DNA of 63,946 nucleotides, filler included, from Octopus bimaculoides (lineage: Eukaryota), in assembly GCF_001194135.2 (NCBI RefSeq). It is 8 parts of 8 records of this genome, joined end to end, with 100 filler letters (N's around TTAATTAATTAA, not from the genome) between each part and the next. Parts side by side here need not be neighbours in the genome. Positions count along the whole stretch, not along the records: positions 1 to 6,229 come from NC_068994.1; positions 6,330 to 13,275 come from NC_068992.1; 6 more parts are not named here. One strand, written 5' to 3'. The notes under the pieces were generated by a model. It did no database searches. It worked only from the letters and a program-made list of their open reading frames with translations, and was not told where the DNA came from. Positions 1-13,027 of the stretch are shown piece by piece. Within the stretch, counting starts at the first letter, position 1. Every line of letters begins with the position of its first letter. Made by a program: the position numbers and the translations under genes.

Positions 1-157
1 ATGTATGTATATATAAACGTGTGTCGATTGAATAGTGTCAATGTGTATAAATATGAGTATATGTATGTATGCTCTTGTATATATGTGAGCCTGTATGTAT
101 ACAGGTATGTACGTACGTTTGTTTGTTTGTATATATGCTTGTATGTATGTATGTATG

Positions 158-188
<31 letters not shown>

Positions 189-340
189 GTGTATATACGT
201 ATGTCCATATATATATATATACATACATATATACATTTAAATTTAACACTAAATACATGTATACCCGTACGCATGCATCAAAAATTGGGTGTATACATAC
301 ATACACACATACATACATACATACATACATACATAAGCAG
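1..340. repeat. (ATGT)n/(ACAT)n microsatellite block
   Basis: Seen directly. Confidence 0.9.
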
Positions 341-349
341 GCAATATTT

Positions 350-764
350 TCTTCTTTTATTTGTCTTAGTCATTAGACTGCGGCCATGCTGGGGCGTTGA
401 AGAAGTTTTTAGTCGAATGAACACAATGAAACGACCCGATTGTTATATATTTTAAACCTGGTATCTATTATACGGGTATATTTCTGCCGAACCACTAAGT
501 TACTGGGACATAAACAAACAAACACCGGTTGTCAAGCGGTAGTGGGAAACAAACATACACACACACACACACGCACACACACATATGTATATATGTATGT
601 ACAAAGGGCTTCTTTCAGTTTCCGTGTATCGAATCCACTCACAAGGCTTTGGTCAGCCCGAGGCTATAGTAGAAGACACTTGTCCAAGGTGTCACGCAGT
701 GGGTCTGAACCCGGAATCATTCGGTTGGGAAGCAAGCTTCTTACCACAGAGCCGCACCTCACCT
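350..764 (-). mobile_element. SINE family A (tRNA head, CORE-like ccttgggcaagtg, internal microsatellite)
   Basis: Reverse complement of the family-A sequence seen at 53227-53682. Confidence 0.8.
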
Positions 765-783
765 ACATGTCTACATACATACA

Positions 784-814
<31 letters not shown>

Positions 815-1769
815 TCACATGTGACTGTGTATGTGTGTCTGTCTGTGTCTACGTGCGAATATGTACGAACGTGTATCAAAGTGACATTCTATATGAGAGT
901 AATTCTGTCCACTTGTGTGTATATATATATATGTGGGTATATACTTGTATATATGTATAACTACGTATATATATATATATATATNNNNNNNNNNNNNNNN
1001 NNNNNNNNNNNNNNNNNNNNNNNNNNNNNNNNNNNNNNNNNNNNNNNNNNNNNNNNNNNNNNNNNNNNNNNNNNNNNNNNNNNNNNNNNNNNNNNNNNNN
1101 NNNNNNNNNNNNNNNNNNNNNNNNNNNNNNNNNNNNNNNNNNNNNNNNNNNNNNNNNNNNNNNNNNNNNNNNNNNNNNNNNNNNNNNNNNNNNNNNNNNN
1201 NNNNNNNNNNNNNNNNNNNNNNNNNNNNNNNNNNNNNNNNNNNNNNNNNNNNNNNNNNNNNNNNNNNNNNNNNNNNNNNNNNNNNNNNNNNNNNNNNNNN
1301 NNNNNNNNNNNNNNNNNNNNNNNNNNNNNNNNNNNNNNNNNNNNNNNNNNNNNNNNNNNNNNNNNNNNNNNNNNNNNNNNNNNNNNNNNNNNNNNNNNNN
1401 NNNNNNNNNNNNNNNNNNNNNNNNNNNNNNNNNNNNNNNNNNNNNNNNNNNNNNNNNNNNNNNNNNNNNNNNNNNNNNNNNNNNNNNNNNNNNNNNNNNN
1501 NNNNNNNNNNNNNNNNNNNNNNNNNNNNNNNNNNNNNNNNNNNNNNNNNNNNNNNNNNNNNNNNNNNNNNNNNNNNNNNNNNNNNNNNNNNNNNNNNNNN
1601 NNNNNNNNNNNNNNNNNNNNNNNNNNNNNNNNNNNNNNNNNNNNNNNNNNNNNNNNNNNNNNNNNNNNNNNNNNNNNNNNNNNNNNNNNGTGTGTGTGCA
1701 TACATATATGTTCCTTCAATGTGAGCAGGTGACTTCACGTATGTTTGTATATCTGTACGTATCTGACTG

Positions 1770-1810
<41 letters not shown>

Positions 1811-1989
1811 TTAAATTTTGTGCACACAGTATGTGCATAACATTGTGTAAGTTAGTGTGTGTATGTACTGTGGCAAATGTCCGTTAGTATGTATACACAC
1901 AAATATATACCCGTATATATATATACATACGTATATGTATATAATATATATGTACACATATATATACATACATACGTGCGTATATACAT

Positions 1990-2420
<431 letters not shown>

Positions 2421-2689
2421 GTATAATATCTTAAATGTATTTGTAATATAGGTTTGTCAATGTGATTTAAATATAGACCGTGTGTGTTCACACACACACA
2501 CACACCTGCATGCACACGCACACATACGTGTGTGCTCCTGTGTGAGTGCGTGTGTGTGTATGAGTGTTTTTACATGTCAGCTTACGTATGTGTGTTTGTG
2601 TGTGTGTGTGCGTGTGCGTGCGTGTTTTTTGCGTGTGTACGTGTATTTGTGTGAAGGTGTGTTAAAATCAATATGCTGTACAGAGGGAC

Positions 2690-3117
2690 AAACGACGAAG
2701 GACATAGAGAGAGAGAGGGGGGAGGGAGACATGGAAAGAGAGAGAGGGAGAAAGAGAGCAAAGGTAGAAGGAGGCAGGTAATATAAAGAGAGGGGGAAAG
2801 GCAGGACAGTTGACAGAATGAAAGAGAGAAAGAATAGACAGGAGTGGTGGGAAGAGTAGTAGATAAAGGAAAATGTACGGAGGTGGAGGCTTCCAGACAG
2901 ACTGAAGGCGTCAATTATAAAGAGACACAGAGGGAGGAGGAGGGGGAGGCAGAAAGACGGAGTGAGAAAGATAGGTAAAGGGGAGAAACGGAGTAAGAGA
3001 TATAAAGAAATATTCCTCTTGTGAAAGAGGAATAGACTAAGATGAAGAGAGAATGAAAAGCCTAATGAGAGAGAAAGAGAGAGAAGGAGAGAGTCAAAAT
3101 GACAAATAGACAGACAG

Positions 3118-3153
<36 letters not shown>

Positions 3154-3507
3154 GTTGATAGATTAATGATTAGGTGAAGGAAGAAAGACTAAGAGAGAGA
3201 GAGAAAGAGAGAGAGAGAAAGAGAGAGAGATGGTTAAGGACGGTGAGAAAAGAAATGATAAATAAAGAAATAGAAGAATTACGTGACTGAGAGGTAGAGA
3301 GAGTAGGAATAAGACGCACGTAAACATAATGTTCACATGCACATGTATATATGAGTGTGCACATGTATGTGTGTATTTATGTATGTATGTGTGTACTTAT
3401 GTATATATATATATATATATATGTATGTATATATTGTTTATGTGTGTCTTTCAATAGAATGATATAACGGACAGATCTGAGATAGAAGTATATCGGGAAG
3501 AGACAGT

Positions 3508-3562
<55 letters not shown>
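2690..3562. repeat. Purine-rich low-complexity region with (GA)n tracts
   Basis: Seen directly. Confidence 0.8.
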
Positions 3563-3563
<1 letters not shown>

Positions 3564-4500
3564 NNNNNNNNNNNNNNNNNNNNNNNNNNNNNNNNNNNNN
3601 NNNNNNNNNNNNNNNNNNNNNNNNNNNNNNNNNNNNNNNNNNNNNNNNNNNNNNNNNNNNNNNNNNNNNNNNNNNNNNNNNNNNNNNNNNNNNNNNNNNN
3701 NNNNNNNNNNNNNNNNNNNNNNNNNNNNNNNNNNNNNNNNNNNNNNNNNNNNNNNNNNNNNNNNNNNNNNNNNNNNNNNNNNNNNNNNNNNNNNNNNNNN
3801 NNNNNNNNNNNNNNNNNNNNNNNNNNNNNNNNNNNNNNNNNNNNNNNNNNNNNNNNNNNNNNNNNNNNNNNNNNNNNNNNNNNNNNNNNNNNNNNNNNNN
3901 NNNNNNNNNNNNNNNNNNNNNNNNNNNNNNNNNNNNNNNNNNNNNNNNNNNNNNNNNNNNNNNNNNNNNNNNNNNNNNNNNNNNNNNNNNNNNNNNNNNN
4001 NNNNNNNNNNNNNNNNNNNNNNNNNNNNNNNNNNNNNNNNNNNNNNNNNNNNNNNNNNNNNNNNNNNNNNNNNNNNNNNNNNNNNNNNNNNNNNNNNNNN
4101 NNNNNNNNNNNNNNNNNNNNNNNNNNNNNNNNNNNNNNNNNNNNNNNNNNNNNNNNNNNNNNNNNNNNNNNNNNNNNNNNNNNNNNNNNNNNNNNNNNNN
4201 NNNNNNNNNNNNNNNNNNNNNNNNNNNNNNNNNNNNNNNNNNNNNNNNNNNNNNNNNNNNNNNNNNNNNNNNNNNNNNNNNNNNNNNNNNNNNNNNNNNN
4301 NNNNNNNNNNNNNNTCTTGCATATATCATATATTATATATCATGTATGCAATGTATACCTTCGTAAGCATATTATATAATGAAATTATACAATAATTATT
4401 ATAATGTATTTTATATTAGTATTCTATATATATATATATCTATGGAGACTCACACACACACACACGCACACATGTCTATACATAAGTGCATGCGTCTGAA

Positions 4501-4531
<31 letters not shown>

Positions 4532-4675
4532 CTATACACATATATACGTATGTATATATATATATATAGATATATATAGATATATAGATATATATATATG
4601 TAGATATGTACAGATATATATACACATACATATATATATGTATATTCTTTCATTTCTATTCTTTTACTCTCTCTC

Positions 4676-4730
<55 letters not shown>

Positions 4731-4794
4731 GTGTGTCTGTGTGTATGAGTGTTTGTGTGTGTGCGTGTGTGCCTATTGCATCCGTTTCTTGAGT

Positions 4795-5146
4795 TCATCA
4801 TTGGACTGCAGTCATGGCAGGACTCAACATCGAATGCGTTCGTACGGCCCCAAGACTTATTGGGAAAAATAGATAATTTAAGACTATCGAATTTTTCCTG
4901 GAGAAACGCTCAGTTACTGCGATATAAACAACCCAAACCCGGCTGTGATGCGTTGCCAAGCGACAGACACAAACACAAAAGCTCACACAGAGAGATATAT
5001 TGCGTACAATTTCTATCAAACCCACTTTAACGGTTGCTTGCGGCCTGGGGTTATACCAGAATGCATTTGACTAATATGTCACGTTCCATGCGTTGGAACT
5101 GAACCCAGAACCATGTGGCTCGGAAGCAAACGTCTTACTACACAGT
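4795..5146 (-). mobile_element. SINE family A, old diverged copy
   Basis: ggaactgaacccagaaccatgtgg head region and ttggactgcagtcatg tail. Confidence 0.6.
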
Positions 5147-5345
5147 CATTTGACTGCAGCCATGCTGGAGCACCACCTTTAGTCGAGCAAATCGACCCCA
5201 GAGCTTATTCTTTGTAAGCCTAGTACTTATTTTATAGGTCCATTTTGCCGAACCGCTAAGTTACGGGGTCGCAAACACACAAGCATCGGTTGTCAAGCGA
5301 TGGTGCGAGGGACAAACAGACACACAAACATATACACATACTTAC
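5145..5345 (-). mobile_element. SINE family A, 3' half
   Basis: gtcatttgactgcagccatgctggagcaccacctttagtcgagcaaatcgacccc. Confidence 0.8.
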
Positions 5346-5369
5346 ATATATATATATATATATATATAT

Positions 5370-5600
5370 CTTAATAGTTATCGCCAAGCCAACATGGCAG
5401 TCCAAAAAATAGGACGAATGCTGTCGTTGATTAGCTCCAAGAGGCCATCGCCTCTAGCTAGCTATGTGACACACGAACCTGTGTCCTTTATAACCTTCGA
5501 ACAGGGGAGGTCAGCCGCTGGTCTGGCATCTACAGACTAGTTTCGGGGTATTAGCAATTGGAGAAGGGACAAAATCTTACAGCTGTTTCGGCCTAGCGTT
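5370..5600 (-). repeat. Unassigned interspersed repeat with two hammerhead-like 3' halves
   Basis: Minus strand has ggcc GAAACAGCUGUA (5593-5578) and cccc GAAACUAGUC UGUAG (5548-5530). No CUGANGA core in this copy. Confidence 0.4.
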
Positions 5601-5999
5601 TGCATGCCCCATTCTATCTCTATAGCTCCCGTACGTTGGAGTAATTAGTAGATGAAAATGATGTAATGGGCGTACCAAGTCAGTCCGGTATTATCCACAC
5701 ACCTCGAAGTAAGGTGAATAAAATCAAAATAAACAACAGGATATCAAGTAGTGAAGCAGTACGACCGTTTCAAGCGGCTCCATTTAATTGAACAATGCAA
5801 TCACTACATCAATTTAAATGCAGTGCACAAATAAATAAATGGAATTTTCACAAGTAGGACACATTAATATGATTTTTCTCATAAGTGGAAACATACACAT
5901 ATGTATATGAATATATTCATATGTATCCATGTACAATACATTTATAATCACAATGTATGCCTTAAGTGTTCTGAATGCAATTTGTCTGCAGTACATATA

Positions 6000-6156
6000 G
6001 GAGAGGCTGTGTGGTAAGTAGCTTACTTTGCAACCACATGGTTCCGAGTTCAGTCCTTCTGCGTGGAACCTTGGGCAAGTGTCTTCTACTACAGCCTCGG
6101 GCCGATATAGGCCTTGTCAGTGGATTTGGTAGACGGAAACTGAAAGAAACCTGTTG

Positions 6157-6229
<73 letters not shown>
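6000..6229 (+). mobile_element. SINE family A, 5' half running into a gap
   Basis: ggctgtgtggtaagtagctt..gagttcagtcc..ccttgggcaagtgtcttctact..gacggaaactgaaagaa. Confidence 0.85.
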
Positions 6230-6273
6230 NNNNNNNNNNNNNNNNNNNNNNNNNNNNNNNNNNNNNNNNNNNN

Positions 6274-6285
6274 TTAATTAATTAA
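6274..6285. other. Assembly spacer TTAATTAATTAA inside N runs (also 13320, 20198, 27001, 32827, 34181, 58103)
   Basis: Identical 12-mer centred in ~100-bp N blocks (44 N on each side where counted), with stop codons in all six frames. This is an artificial linker. Confidence 0.95.
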
Positions 6286-6384
6286 NNNNNNNNNNNNNNN
6301 NNNNNNNNNNNNNNNNNNNNNNNNNNNNNAAAATCAATGCGTGACCTGGGCATCGACATGGGTAATGATGCATCGTACCAAGTT

Positions 6385-6879
6385 GGCAAAACTATACAGA
6401 GTTATACTACCAGTGGCCTAGCATGTAAAAAAGTCAATAGACAACATATTCAATATAAAGTATAAGAGAAATTACCCATAACAGGCAATTTCTACACGCT
6501 AGAAGACAGTCATAAACGACCAAAAACCACAAAGTAAAACATTTCAAAGGGAAGATGCTTATGGCCTCTTGTCTTGTAGATATACGTTAATTCCTTGATG
6601 GCTGGTTACTGAAGAGGATTTGCCTAGTAAATTACTTTATTTACTAAAAAATCCGAAACCTATAGGTCTAACCGTTAGAAATAAGGTAAATGTTTTTTTA
6701 TTTTTTCTTCCCTTTGAAATGTTTTACTTTATGGTTTTTCGGTCGTTTTTGACTGCCTTCTAGCATGTAGAAGTTACCTGTTATGGATAATTTCTCTTAT
6801 ACTTTATATGGAAAATATGTTGTCTATTGACTTTTTTACATGCTAGACCACTGGTAGTATAACTCTATATAGTTTTGCT
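6385..6879. mobile_element. MITE-like element with ~170-bp terminal inverted repeats
   Basis: 6385-6555 (ggcaaaactatacagagttatactaccagtgg...catttcaaagggaaga) is the near-identical reverse complement of 6706-6879, with a 150-bp spacer. No TSD identified. Confidence 0.8.
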
Positions 6880-6916
6880 ACCCTTTTTATATATACATAT
6901 GTATGTATATATATGT

Positions 6917-7094
6917 GTTATTTCTTTACTACCCACAAAGGGCTACACACAGAGGGGACAAACAAACGGATTAAGTCGATTATATCGACCCGAGTGCGTA
7001 ACTGGTACTTATTTAATCGGCCCTGAAAGGATGAAAGGCAAAGTCGATCTCGGCGGTATTTGAACTCAGTACGTAGCGATAGGCGAAATACCGT
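6917..7094 (-). mobile_element. SINE family B (tRNA-like head, gcctttcatcctttcggggtcgat body)
   Basis: gaaaggatgaaaggcaaagtcga..cggcggtatttgaactcag. Confidence 0.8.
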
Positions 7095-7974
7095 ATGTAT
7101 ATATTTATGTGTGTGTGTGAGTACTTATATATTATTATTGTTTGATATAGTTTGATTCGGGGGCCCCGTACCATTCAAAGTTTCATAGGCTTCTTCCAGA
7201 AACCTAGTTCGTCGGGCTTAGATAGTCGACTGGAGGAGGTGCAGAAAGTCCAAGATGTATATCTGAAACTGGATTGCTATGGGTCAAGGCGAGTCACATG
7301 GTACTGTTAGAAGTGGAACAGAAATTCCAATTACACCAAATACATAAAAATGTAGTTGCAGGGATAGAGAGAATCCCCCTCTTTGTCCCGCTTCATCTGG
7401 AGTGTTTCCGAATCTCCGGAATAACTCTTCCAGCATGGAATGTACCGTCATCGACAAGTCCCTACCTTACTTACCCGGCGCTCGCAATTGCCAGCCCTGT
7501 CTTTCGCTAAAGACTGCATATTCTCGATCAACTTGCAGTATCTATCATCAGGAAATAGGAACTGCCATCTGAGGTCTGCCTTCCTGCTGAACCTCAAGCC
7601 ACTGTTCTCCCACAATCCAGATATACCACCTTAACATTGGCTGCATCTGCACACTGGCTGCCCTATAACCAAGGGCAGGACACTTAGTCATCGATGCCCG
7701 CGCAGACCATAGGCCGACCTTCCAGCATTATGCGTTCCCTTTAACCCTTTATGACCGTTTCCATATTCGTGGGTGTGCGTACACACACGCGCGCGCGCAA
7801 TTATCAGATATAAGCACACGTACGCACGGACACATGTTTACCATGATAGACACGTGCGCATTGATACTTACACAAATACAGGAATGTACATACGCACATC
7901 AACCAAACATCCATATGCACATACGCCCGTACGTACATCCTTAAGGAAGTATGCGCACACAGCACACGTTAATG

Positions 7975-7979
7975 TACAC

Positions 7980-8044
<65 letters not shown>

Positions 8045-8050
8045 TACGCA
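7975..8050. repeat. (CACATA)n hexamer repeat
   Basis: Seen directly. Confidence 0.9.
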
Positions 8051-8339
8051 CACAGTACACACGCAACTGATATACATACACCCACATATACAACTACGTG
8101 AGTACCCACACGTGGCTGATATGCACCTGCATCCATATGTACATACAGCAAACACGCACGTACACACCAAAGAGCTGATGCTATCAGCTTCCACCCACAT
8201 GCGAATTTACACGCACGTGCATCGCTTTCCTCATAGCAGATACACACGTATAGGCACCAGACACCTACATCCACGCACTCATACAGCTGGTATTTACACT
8301 CCCTTCCTCGGTCATGTATCTGATGTTGCACAAGTCCCT

Positions 8340-9656
8340 TTCAAAGACCAGTCGAAAAAACTAGACACTACCCGCTTCTTGTTCAACTATGCATTCCAAG
8401 AAAACAAAGGATACACAGATTGAAATCATCAAACAAAAACTACCATTAAAAACCAAACGACTGGCAAGATACAAAAAAAAAAAAACGCTCAGCATTCCAT
8501 AGACAAAACATACTATTCAAGGAGAATACAAAAACAATTCTACAGGGAACTGGGGGGAAAATACCATTATTGTGAAGACACCTCCTCCCCAGCAGCAAAC
8601 TGAAGATTTTTGGAAAAACATTAGGAGTAATCCAAAGGAGTTTAATCAGAATGCACATTGGGTCAGGGACATGGAAGAGGCCAATATCCACCTCAAATAT
8701 CAAGCAGGATATAACAACTGAAGAAGGGAAAGCGGCGCTCGCCAAGTCAAAGAAATGAAAATCCCCAAGTATAGATAAGATTCCAAATTTTTGTCTAAAC
8801 TCTTTAATGAGCAACCACCACGACTTAGCCGTAATCTATACAAGGTGCCGAATGCACCATCCAAAATCAGATGTAGACAGGATTTATCTCCCAAGAAAAA
8901 TAGGTGGAAGAGGCCTGACACAGCTCCAACAATCCTTCCAATCAGCAATGATAGGCCTTGAAACGTACCTTAAGGCGGCGATATGGCAGAAACGTTAGTA
9001 CGCTGGCCGAAATGCTTAGCAGTATTTCGTCTGCCGTTACATTCTGAGTTCAAATTCCGCCGAGGCTGACTTTGCCTTTCATCCTTTCGGGGTCGATAAA
9101 CTAAGTACCAGTTGCGCACTGGGGTCGACGTAATCGACTTAATCCCTTTGTCTGTCCTTGTTTGTCCCCTCTATGTTTAGCCCCTTGTGGGCAATAAAGA
9201 AATAAGAAACGTACCTTAATACAAGTACTCTTACGAACTGCACTGGAGCATGAAGATTCCAAGCATGCTCCAGTCATGAAGCTTAGTAAGAATTAAAAAA
9301 AATCTCTTGGCAGTACAAGGAGATCAATATATTATCATGAATGAAAGAGAAAAGATTGACTTGAGAATTGAGAACGCCAAGATGTAGCAGCTACGAAGGT
9401 CAAACATAAAGGTTGTCCCTATCGTCATCGTAGTATTGGGTTCAATACCACCCAACCTGAAGAAGCATCTGGAAATTTAGAAATACCATACAATCTAGGT
9501 GTATTGCAAAAATCGGCATTACTTGGAACTGCAAGTATATTGCGTAAAGTACTGTCTGTCTGGGGTCCTTGTGACTTGACAGAGAGTGCAACCCCATGGT
9601 AGACACAATATCTGCAAAAAAAAAGCATCATGATATTGGATACTGTGCTACGTCTT
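8340..9656 (+). mobile_element. R4/Dong-clade non-LTR retrotransposon, internally deleted, with a nested SINE
   Basis: Translates to KRLARY..RQNILFKENTKQFYREL..FWKNI, ITTEE.KAALAK.K.*KSP.IDKIPNF, HHPKSDVDRIYLPRKIGGRGL and VVPIVI..LGSIPPNLKKHLE..LQKSALLGTASILRKVL. The 3' UTR matches the copy at 45370-45472 and ends in (TAA)n. Confidence 0.8.
8974..9205 (+). mobile_element. SINE family B, full length with a 14-bp TSD
   Basis: TSD GAAACGTACCTTAA at 8960-8973 and 9206-9219. Inserted into the Dong LINE. Confidence 0.92.
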
Positions 9657-9657
9657 A

Positions 9658-9728
<71 letters not shown>

Positions 9729-9751
9729 TGATGATGATGATGATGATGATG

Positions 9752-9809
<58 letters not shown>
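9657..9809. repeat. Compound (TAA)n(TGA)n(TAA)n tract at the Dong 3' end
   Basis: Seen directly. Confidence 0.95.
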
Positions 9810-9811
<2 letters not shown>

Positions 9812-10387
9812 GCCCTGGTGCATTTGGTTGAATTTGGTTGCTGTTTCTAGCAAATTAAGTGCCAAGTAGAGGCCCGTCCCGAAGTTAGCTCAAGCGTCTC
9901 CTGTTGACTTTATAAGCGTTCTTTGGCAACATTATATTAAAACAATAACAAAACAATTAATATACATAACTCTTTCATAAGAGGCCTTACGTTTTCCCAA
10001 TTAAACAACACTTGATGAAACCAATTAATAATTGTTCTAGTGGGTATGTTAACCTACTGAAAACCTCAAAAACTATTAAGCAATTCTGAGTAGATGTAGA
10101 GGTAGATGGCAGGCCGGAAAACTGGTGATCTCTAAACTGGGTCAATGACTTCAAATTGCACCACTTCTCACCTTGAGGTCTTGTTTGAATTCAGGCGGTT
10201 TCGGAAGTCGGACTGATTACAACTGGTTCTTCTGTTTACAATCATACCCACGCACACACAAACACACATTTACAGAAAACAAATACACATATGTATATAT
10301 ATATTAATTTCTCTTATGACTGAATACATGTGTGTGTGTGGGTGGGTGCGTATATGTGTGTGTGTATATGTGTACACATACACACAC

Positions 10388-10418
<31 letters not shown>

Positions 10419-10423
10419 CATTA

Positions 10424-10560
10424 GGCGCAGGGGTGGCTGTGTGGTAAGAAGCTTGCTTCCCAGCCACATGGTTCTGGGTTCAGTTTCACTGCGTGATACC
10501 TTGGGCAAATGTCAATTGCTGTAGCCTCGGTCGACCGAAGCCTTGTCAGCGGATTTGATG
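10424..10560 (+). mobile_element. SINE family A, 5' fragment
   Basis: ggcgcaggggtggctgtgtggtaagaagcttgcttccc. Confidence 0.8.
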
Positions 10561-10572
10561 TGACTATGTCTC

Positions 10573-10591
10573 TGTCAAGCGGTGGTAGGAG

Positions 10592-10656
<65 letters not shown>

Positions 10657-10823
10657 ATATACGACTGGCTTCTTTCAGTTTCCGTCTACCAAATCCACTA
10701 ACAAGGTTTAGGTCAGTTCGAGGCAATAGTTGAAGACACTTGCATAAGGTGCCACGCAGTGGGACTGAACCCGGAACCCTGTGGTTAGGAAGCATGCTTC
10801 TTACCAAACAGCCGTTCCTACCT
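10573..10823 (-). mobile_element. SINE family A, 5' two-thirds
   Basis: cttctttcagtttccgtctaccaaatccact..gcagtgggactgaacccggaac. Confidence 0.85.
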
Positions 10824-10856
10824 ATTTACTTCCTGCATTCATGGTAATACTCCTCT

Positions 10857-10858
10857 CA

Positions 10859-10936
<78 letters not shown>
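10857..10936. repeat. (TCTA)n microsatellite
   Basis: Seen directly. Confidence 0.95.
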
Positions 10937-11969
10937 AGACTCGTTTAAAACTTTAAAAAACGTATACAATATAAGGTATGCATGTATGTATATATATGTG
11001 TATATATCTATCATATATATATATATATATATANNNNNNNNNNNNNNNNNNNNNNNNNNNNNNNNNNNNNNNNNNNNNNNNNNNNNNNNNNNNNNNNNNN
11101 NNNNNNNNNNNNNNNNNNNNNNNNNNNNNNNNNNNNNNNNNNNNNNNNNNNNNNNNNNNNNNNNNNNNNNNNNNNNNNNNNNNNNNNNNNNNNNNNNNNN
11201 NNNNNNNNNNNNNNNNNNNNNNNNNNNNNNNNNNNNNNNNNNNNNNNNNNNNNNNNNNNNNNNNNNNNNNNNNNNNNNNNNNNNNNNNNNNNNNNNNNNN
11301 NNNNNNNNNNNNNNNNNNNNNNNNNNNNNNNNNNNNNNNNNNNNNNNNNNNNNNNNNNNNNNNNNNNNNNNNNNNNNNNNNNNNNNNNNNNNNNNNNNNN
11401 NNNNNNNNNNNNNNNNNNNNNNNNNNNNNNNNNNNNNNNNATATATAGATACACACACACATATATATATATTAAAATTCACACTTTTGCGATTGCACCG
11501 GAAGTGTTTAGCAAAACAAACGTAATACAAAATGGAGTGTCTATTAAATGGAGGGAGGCGGGAGATGGCGGTGGAAGGCTGTTTATGACACAAGTTTATG
11601 TAATCAAAAAGATTTTAAATTTCTTCGTTCCTTTATAGGCGTAATACACGCGTACGCGCGTGTGTGCGCGTGTGCTTGAGTCTACAAAACAGAGTAAATA
11701 AGGGTGCATTGCGTATGTCTGCCATTATGAAATACCAATCAATTCCGTAGTATACATATATGTGTATATGTGTGTGTGAGTATGCCAATGCACGAATTTC
11801 TCGGCCCATGAGTCACTCTGGATTCTCAGCCGAGCACTACCTTGGAGAATTTTAGTCGAACCGGATCAACCCCGATACTTACTTTCTATAAAGCCTTGTA
11901 CTTTTTCTATCGGGCTACCCGACAAAGCAAACTGGATTCACTACCACGATCAGAGCATTAAAAAGGGAC

Positions 11970-12140
11970 GCCTCTAAAGGTTTGTTCGGTCTGCTAGAAA
12001 TAGCCACCAAATCCGGAGAGTATATACATAATTACATTGGATAATGTAGTCCAATATTTATACTATGTCTGAAAATAAGACGGGACGGTTATAGTCGGAA
12101 CGGCGTTGATAATAAATCAATTCGAGTGGGATAGACCAAA
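11970..12140 (+). repeat. Interspersed repeat family E fragment (also 9830-9875 on - and 26815-26880 on +)
   Basis: Shared ctgctagaaatagc(a/c)(a/g)ccaaatc motif in three places. Confidence 0.5.
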
Positions 12141-12389
12141 GGTTAAATGACAATCATTATAACTACAGTCAGACCATCACAACTAGCACCAAACCATTCA
12201 CCTGCTTCCACTGTGGTCACCGCTGCAAGTTTACAAAAATATTTTAAGAAATCGGATTAGATAATGGCGAAAAAGTGATAAATTAACACTACCCCGCTGT
12301 ACCCGTTATGCCTCATTATGTTAAGGACAAGCAAAGCTGTTAAATTTAATGCATTAAATCTGCAACGGGCTTGATTTTTCTATCGTAAC

Positions 12390-12800
12390 CCTATAAATCA
12401 CTCCAAAATACATGGTCTTGTCTGTTTGTAAAGGAATTAGATGATGAAGTATAACATCTCTTCATTGCTTGATTCCAACTGGCGAATTGGCGGATATGGA
12501 TAGCCGGATTACACACAATGTGGTTAAGATTTCTGTCAAAGCAGGACGTGGATTTTAGGAGAGGACAGGACATGGATTTACACGGATGCGGAATTGGGAA
12601 GGTTAATGAAAAGGGTGGTGGCAATTGTAATGGTGGTGGTGATGAAGAGGAAACGAAAGTACAGAGTTGATTTTTATCAGCAAAGGATTGGACTGGGTTC
12701 GGAGTGACAGATTGTCGATAAAGGATTGTAATGAGAGATAAGAGGATTCTGGGACGGAAAGAAAATGAAAGGTGGATGATGCGGTTAAGATGATGCATTA
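12390..12800 (-). mobile_element. Possible decayed Penelope-like linker/Cys region
   Basis: LSFSFRPRIL..QSFADKNQL.TFVSS..LTFP.PHPCKSMSCP resembles the PLE linker (LTFHP..SF.RDKNL..GTFPC..RC..CP). Weak match. Confidence 0.35.
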
Positions 12801-12996
12801 GATTCTAGAAATAGTCTTTTATTATTGAAATTGACATCAGCACATCTAATATGGCGGAGAGGAAGTTGTCTGAGATGAGAAATCACACAAAAAACATCTA
12901 AAACAGAAACAACATAACAAATATGGCCTCTCACAGGAAGCTGACTGTTGATTACTAATTATTAACATCAACAACTCATTTTCATATATGTATGTA

Positions 12997-13027
<31 letters not shown>

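Noticed and set aside
7490-7560. CTGATGA...GAAA on - as a hammerhead
   Set aside because: Stem II does not close next to the core, and there is no stem III, UH triplet or stem I partner.
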